A stretch of DNA of 64,000 nucleotides, from NCBI GenBank assembly GCA_965662235.1, contig CBFIGY010000009.1, forward strand, positions 1 through 64,000. Direction: 5' to 3'. The DNA comes from an uncultured bacterium. GTDB lineage: Bacteria > SAR324 > NAC60-12. The notes beneath the pieces are model-generated. The model had not been told where the DNA came from. It saw only the letters and a program-made list of their open reading frames with translations, and ran no database searches. This document shows, in pieces, positions 59,225-64,000 of this stretch. Every line of letters begins with the position of its first letter. Positions within the stretch are counted from its first letter, which is position 1. Made by a program: the position numbers and the translations under genes.

Positions 59225-60414
59225 TACTCCTCCGCGTAGGGACGCACTAGGTTCAAGGCATCCCGGTTCAGCGTTAACCCCCATCCAGGCGCCTCCGTGA
59301 GGCGAACCCGTCCTTGCTCAGGGAGCAGCTCGTTGGTGAACATGTCCCCAAACACCGCCGGGAAGGTGAGGCAATCTGGGCTGGTGTTGAGGTATTCACA
59401 GAAGGGACAGTGAGGCTGAGTGATCACAAAGTGATAGCTGTAAGCGCCGCTCCCGTGCGGGACCACCGGCAGGTCGTAGGTTGCCGCTAGGGCGGAAATC
59501 CGCAGCAGCTCCGTCAGCCCTCCACACCACATCACGTCCGGTTGAATGATATCGACGGCACGGGACTCAATCAACTTCCGGAAGCCGTAACGTGTGTACT
59601 CATGCTCACCGGTGGTCCAGCGCATCCACGGGGCACGCTCCTTGAGGAGCCGATGCCCGTCGAAATCGTAAGGCGGCAGCACCTCTTCCAGCCAGTAGAG
59701 GTTGAGGTCCTTGAGAGCATAGGCCAGTTCTGTCGCATACGGAACATCCAAGGCCATCCAGCAGTCGGCCATCAGCATGAAGTCGGGACCCACTTTTTCC
59801 CGCATTGCCTGGAAGGTCTCATGGTTCGCCCGGATGCCTTCAAGGCGATCTGCAGGTCCATGCGCCAGGGGCATCTTCCCGCCAATGAAACCGTTTGCCT
59901 TGGCAACATCCGGCCGGATGCCGGTGCAGTAGAGAGCAATTTCATCCCGGACGGCGCCGCCGATCATCTGGTACACCGGCTCGTTCCGCAGCAGCCCTAG
60001 GACGTCCCAAAGCGCCAGGTCCACGGCACTCAGCGCCCAGAGCGGAACCCCCTTCCCGGCGTAGTAGAGGCTCGCCCGGAACATCTGATCCCAGAAGCGG
60101 TTGAGCTGCCGAGGATCCTGTCCAATCAGGAAGCGCTTGAAGTGCTTCTCAATGATGTAGCACGCCGGAGCCCCGCCCTGTCCGGCACTGACGCCAACGG
60201 TGCCATCGGAGGTTTCGATTTCGACAACAATGCTGTTCATCACATTGATGCCAAAGCTGGTCCGGGACTCCCGGTAGTCGGGATAAGCCGACATCGGCGT
60301 GGCAATCAGCGAGTCCACCAGCCAGTGTCCGGCCTCGCGGTCGTGGTAATCGCCTCCGGATCCTTTCTGTTCGAGAACATAGGCCCGGACGTCTTTGATG
60401 GTGACGGATTTCAT
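59224..60414 (-). CDS. rhmD: L-rhamnonate dehydratase (enolase superfamily)
   Basis: GGDYHD, IATPMSAYP, GGKMPL, DCWMAL, WLEE, TTGEHEYTRYGF, QPDVMWCGG, VVPHGS. Confidence 0.92.
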   Translation of the reverse strand: MKSVTIKDVRAYVLEQKGSGGDYHDREAGHWLVDSLIATPMSAYPDYRESRTSFGINVMNSIVVEIETSDGTVGVSAGQGGAPACYIIEKHFKRFLIGQDPRQLNRFWDQMFRASLYYAGKGVPLWALSAVDLALWDVLGLLRNEPVYQMIGGAVRDEIALYCTGIRPDVAKANGFIGGKMPLAHGPADRLEGIRANHETFQAMREKVGPDFMLMADCWMALDVPYATELAYALKDLNLYWLEEVLPPYDFDGHRLLKERAPWMRWTTGEHEYTRYGFRKLIESRAVDIIQPDVMWCGGLTELLRISALAATYDLPVVPHGSGAYSYHFVITQPHCPFCEYLNTSPDCLTFPAVFGDMFTNELLPEQGRVRLTEAPGWGLTLNRDALNLVRPYAEE

Positions 60415-60422
60415 GTCCCTCC

Positions 60423-61175
60423 TCAGTAAGTGGCTCGTCCGCCACTGAGGTCGAAGACCCCTCCGGTGGTGAAGGAATTTTCCGGAGAGACCAGCCATGC
60501 CACCAGCGCCGCCGCCTCCTTAACCTCTAGGAAGCGGTTCCGGGGGATCTTGGAAAGCATGAAGTCGATGTGCTCCTGGGTCATCTGGTCAAAGATCCGG
60601 GTTCGGGCTGCAGCCGGGGTGATGCAGTTGACCGCCACATCCAGTCCGGCCAACTCTTTGCCTAGGGACTTCGTCATCGCGATGACCGCGGCCTTGGAGG
60701 CGCTGTAGGCGGACGCATTCGGGTTGCCCTCCTTTCCGGCAATCGAGGCCACGTTGACAATGCGGCCGTACTCCTGTGCGACCATCAGTGGAGCAATGCA
60801 ACGGTTGCAGTGAAAGACTCCATTGATGTTGATGTCCATCACCTGCTGCCAGGCCTCCACCGGGTACTCCCAGAGCTTGTGGTTCGGACCCGCAATGCCC
60901 GCGTTCGCCACCAGGATGTCAATGCGCCCAAAGGCCGCCTGAGTCGCTGCAGTCGCCGCCTCCACCGAGGCAAGGTCGGCCACATCCACCTGCTGGGCGT
61001 TGAGGCGGTCAGACGGTTCCAGTTGGCTCAGGGCCTGCTCCAGCATGGCAGCATCCAAATCCCAGAGGCTGACGGATGCGCCGGATTCCAGCAGACGTTG
61101 GGCAATCGCGAGGCCAATTCCCTGCGCCGCGCCGGTGACAACGGCTTTTTGGCCATTCAGATCAATCTGGTTCAT
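60423..61175 (-). CDS. SDR oxidoreductase, probable 2-keto-3-deoxy-L-rhamnonate 4-dehydrogenase type
   Basis: TGAAQGIG, YSASK, C-terminal FDLSGGRATY; directly upstream of rhmD. The substrate is inferred from context. Confidence 0.75.
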   Translation of the reverse strand: MNQIDLNGQKAVVTGAAQGIGLAIAQRLLESGASVSLWDLDAAMLEQALSQLEPSDRLNAQQVDVADLASVEAATAATQAAFGRIDILVANAGIAGPNHKLWEYPVEAWQQVMDININGVFHCNRCIAPLMVAQEYGRIVNVASIAGKEGNPNASAYSASKAAVIAMTKSLGKELAGLDVAVNCITPAAARTRIFDQMTQEHIDFMLSKIPRNRFLEVKEAAALVAWLVSPENSFTTGGVFDLSGGRATY

Positions 61176-61223
61176 TCGAACCTCCTTTCAGAGTCAGAGA
61201 AGGAAAACATAAACGAAAGCGAG

Positions 61224-62237
61224 TCAGTTCCGGGAGGTGAAGCGCTGCACCACCAGCGGCAGGGCAATGGAGACAATCAGCAGTCCGCCAATGAAGATGG
61301 TCATGACGATTCCCGGGACATTCATCAGCCCGAGGCCGAAGGTGACCATGCCCATCAGGAACACGGCCAGCACCACCCCCAGAATTGTCCCGGAGCCTCC
61401 CATGATGCTGACGCCTCCGAGCACCACGACGGTGACCACTTCCAGCTCCCACGCCATGGCAATGTTGGGACGGGTGCTGCCAATGCGTCCGGTCAGCAGA
61501 ACCGCGGCCAGGCCTGACATGAAGCCGCTTACCATGAACAGGGCCAGCCGGTAGCGGTCGACCGGAATGCCGGTGAAGCGTGCTGCGAGGGGGTTGTTGC
61601 CAATCGCATACAGATGCCGCCCGATGATCGTTCCATGCAGCACCATGCCGAAGAGCACGGCAAACCCGAGGAAAATGAGAAACTCCAAGGGAATCAGGCC
61701 AAAGGCGTAGTGCTGGCCCCAGAAGAGGAACTCCGCCGGGTAGCGCGTGAAGGCTTCATCGCCCAGAACCACATAGGCGATGCCCCGGTAGAGGGACATC
61801 GTGCCAATGGTCACCACAATCGAAGGCACCGCAAAGCGAGTCACGATCCAGCCGTTCAGCCCTCCGGCCAGCACCCCAATGGCAATGCCAACCAGCGGCA
61901 GCACCTCCCCCGGCACTCCCGCCTGATGCGCCAAGCCGACGCCCACCGAGGCGAGCGCAATGATCGAAGCCACCGACAGGTCAATGTCTCGGCAGAGGAT
62001 GACCAGTGTCATGGAGAGGACAATCAGGGCCTTCTCAGAGAAGTTGACGGTGCTGTCGGCCAGGTTATACAAGTCCAGAAAGTAAGGCGAGAGGCTGGAG
62101 TTGACAACGACGACCCCCACCAGAAGCACCACCAGAAGCACCTCCCAGCGCAGTAGAATGTCCCGGACCCGGAGTGGCAAACGATCTGGAATGACGCGGG
62201 TGGCTTCCTTTGACAGCACTGACACAGGCCTATCCAT
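61224..62237 (-). CDS. Monosaccharide ABC permease (CUT2, rhamnose RhaQ-like)
   Basis: DIDLSVAS, YAIGNN, WELEVVTVVVLGGVSIMGGSG. Confidence 0.88.
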   Translation of the reverse strand: MDRPVSVLSKEATRVIPDRLPLRVRDILLRWEVLLVVLLVGVVVVNSSLSPYFLDLYNLADSTVNFSEKALIVLSMTLVILCRDIDLSVASIIALASVGVGLAHQAGVPGEVLPLVGIAIGVLAGGLNGWIVTRFAVPSIVVTIGTMSLYRGIAYVVLGDEAFTRYPAEFLFWGQHYAFGLIPLEFLIFLGFAVLFGMVLHGTIIGRHLYAIGNNPLAARFTGIPVDRYRLALFMVSGFMSGLAAVLLTGRIGSTRPNIAMAWELEVVTVVVLGGVSIMGGSGTILGVVLAVFLMGMVTFGLGLMNVPGIVMTIFIGGLLIVSIALPLVVQRFTSRN

Positions 62238-63216
62238 GAGCAGGGGGCTCCGTAACCGGCAAAATGCGCTTCCCTTGTTGCTTCTCCTCCCGAGAGTTCA
62301 CCACAACAGCCGCAAGGATGACGGCTCCAGAGATCGCCATCTGCCAGAAGGGAGACACATTGATGACTGGGAGGGCGTTGTTGATCACACCCAGGAACAG
62401 CGCGCCCAGGATGCATCCGGCCACAGACCCAATTCCTCCGGCAATGCTGACTCCTCCAATCACGCATGCGGCCACAACCTGCAGCTCAAAACCCGACGCA
62501 ATTTCCGTGTAGGCAATGGCATACCGGGCCACCCAGAGGTAGCCACACAGCCCGGCCGTTGCTCCAGTGATCGTGTAGACCAGCAGCTGACGTCGCGCAA
62601 TCGGAATGCCCACATAGACCGCGGCCTTGGGGTTGCCCCCGAGCGCATAAAGCTCCCGTCCCACGCGGCTGTGCTTCAGGAACCCATGCACCAGCAGCAG
62701 CATGAGCAGCGCCAGCCACGCCAGGTGCGTCAGCCCCAGCAGCCGCTCCCGGGGGAAGTCCAGAAAGGTCGCGGGCATCTCATGAGACGAAATCCACTCA
62801 CCGCCGCTGATGACAAAGATCAGCCCCCGGAACATGCTCAAGGTTCCAAGCGTCACAACAATCGGAGGAATCCCCAACCCCGCAATGAGGCTTCCGTTCA
62901 GCAGTCCAAGCACGGCCCCGTTGAGAATCGCGACCCCAATGAGTCCCACTAGCGGAAGGTCCGGAGCCACCTTTCCCAGCAGCGCCACCACCATGCCACT
63001 CAGGGCCAAATTGGACGCCACAGAGAGGTCGATGCCTCGAGTCAAAATGACCAGCATCTGCGCCAGCGCCATCATTGTGAGAATGGCCACATCGGTAAGC
63101 AAGGCGTCCAGACTTTCCCACGAAAGGAAGACAGGCGCCCGGACCCCAATGAGCAGCATCAGGGTGAGGATCAGCCCACCAAGGACCAGCTCCCGATGGT
63201 GCGTGCGCCAGCTCAT
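62230..63216 (-). CDS. Monosaccharide ABC permease (CUT2, rhamnose RhaP-like)
   Basis: GIDLSVAS, GFELQVVAACVIGGVSIAGG. Confidence 0.88.
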   Translation of the reverse strand: MSWRTHHRELVLGGLILTLMLLIGVRAPVFLSWESLDALLTDVAILTMMALAQMLVILTRGIDLSVASNLALSGMVVALLGKVAPDLPLVGLIGVAILNGAVLGLLNGSLIAGLGIPPIVVTLGTLSMFRGLIFVISGGEWISSHEMPATFLDFPRERLLGLTHLAWLALLMLLLVHGFLKHSRVGRELYALGGNPKAAVYVGIPIARRQLLVYTITGATAGLCGYLWVARYAIAYTEIASGFELQVVAACVIGGVSIAGGIGSVAGCILGALFLGVINNALPVINVSPFWQMAISGAVILAAVVVNSREEKQQGKRILPVTEPPAHG

Positions 63217-64000
63217 GCGGCCTCCGGAAGGGGATTGTCCAGCGCCACCGCAACAATTTTCTCTGCAGAGGCTTCGTCGCGTGAAAACACCTGACCAATC
63301 CGTCCGGACCGCATCACAGCAATGCGATCGGCCATGCCCAGCACCTCCGGAAGCTCCGAGCTGACGAGGATCACCGCAAGCCCCTGCTGGACCAGTTCGC
63401 CCATGAAGGCATGGACGGCCGACTTCGACCCCACGTCAATGCCCTTTGTGGGCTCATCCAAAATGATCACCTGCGGCTGCGTGGCGAGCCACTTTGCGAT
63501 CACGACCTTCTGCTGATTTCCACCTGAAAGCTCCTCCACGTGCTGGGCCCAGTTGGACGCCCGCAGGTCGAGCCGATTGCCATACTCCCGGGAAAGCGCC
63601 AGCTCGCGCTCGGAATTCAGCCGCCACCCCTGGACCACCGCCTTGAGGGTTGGCAGGGTAATGTTGTCTCGGATGCTCAACGGCAAGATGGCGCCGGACC
63701 CCTGACGGTCTTCTGGAACATAGACAATGCCGGCTTGAATGGCATCTGCCGGCTGAGAGAGACGCAGCGGCTGCCCCTTGAGACGAATGGTGCCTCCGGA
63801 AGGACGAGTGAGCCCAAACAGCGCCTGCATGACCTCGGTCCGGCCAGCGCCAACGAGCCCGTAAAACCCAAGAATCTCGCCCGCACGCAACGAAAAGGAA
63901 ATGTCGGCAAACTCAGTGGGATGCCGCAGGTTTTCCACTTCCAGCACCACAGGTCCGGGGGTCACCTCGACCTTGGGAAAGACCTGATCCACTGGGCGAC
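63213..64000 (-). CDS. Monosaccharide ABC ATP-binding protein, C-terminal half (runs off the window edge)
   Basis: GLVGAGRTE, VPEDR, LSGGNQQK, LDEPTKGIDVG. Confidence 0.92.
   Translation of the reverse strand, partial: RPVDQVFPKVEVTPGPVVLEVENLRHPTEFADISFSLRAGEILGFYGLVGAGRTEVMQALFGLTRPSGGTIRLKGQPLRLSQPADAIQAGIVYVPEDRQGSGAILPLSIRDNITLPTLKAVVQGWRLNSERELALSREYGNRLDLRASNWAQHVEELSGGNQQKVVIAKWLATQPQVIILDEPTKGIDVGSKSAVHAFMGELVQQGLAVILVSSELPEVLGMADRIAVMRSGRIGQVFSRDEASAEKIVAVALDNPLPEAA

Noticed and set aside
1..64000. rRNA, tRNA, CRISPR arrays, transposases, integrases, phage genes
   Set aside because: None recognised. Intergenic gaps are short and lack regularly spaced repeats or cloverleaf motifs, though a covariance-model scan was not possible.

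Overview
Bacterial chromosomal window (GC roughly 60-63% by eye), densely coding and mostly on the minus strand. No rRNA, tRNA, CRISPR array or mobile element is recognisable. The host is Gram-negative (lpxK, secretin, lipoproteins); a deltaproteobacterium-like lineage such as SAR324 is a guess I cannot confirm from sequence alone. Layout: (1) 1-13.8 kb galactoside locus with an AgpA-type ABC system, GH4 alpha-galactosidase, a flavin-dependent halogenase-family gene, a LacI regulator, a CUT1 ABC system and the start of a GH2 beta-galactosidase. (2) 13.8-44.6 kb mixed housekeeping and accessory genes: lpxK, an orphan secretin, a secreted multi-domain caspase-family protein, a TlpA-like thioredoxin that needs UGA read-through (UxxC plus SECIS-like hairpin, missed by the ORF track), ParA, an esterase-GNAT fusion, trkA, a divergent PRPP synthase, proS, bactofilin, bioY, and a peptide-type ABC operon split in two. 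(3) A TAXI-TRAP transporter, a diheme peroxidase and an uncharacterised four-gene outer-membrane/lipoprotein cluster. (4) An N-terminally short CobN, a fluoroacetate-dehalogenase-type hydrolase and a non-phosphorylative L-rhamnose locus. In the stretches counted by hand, the palindrome TCCGGA is strongly over-represented and CTAG occurs almost only as CTAGG/CCTAG.
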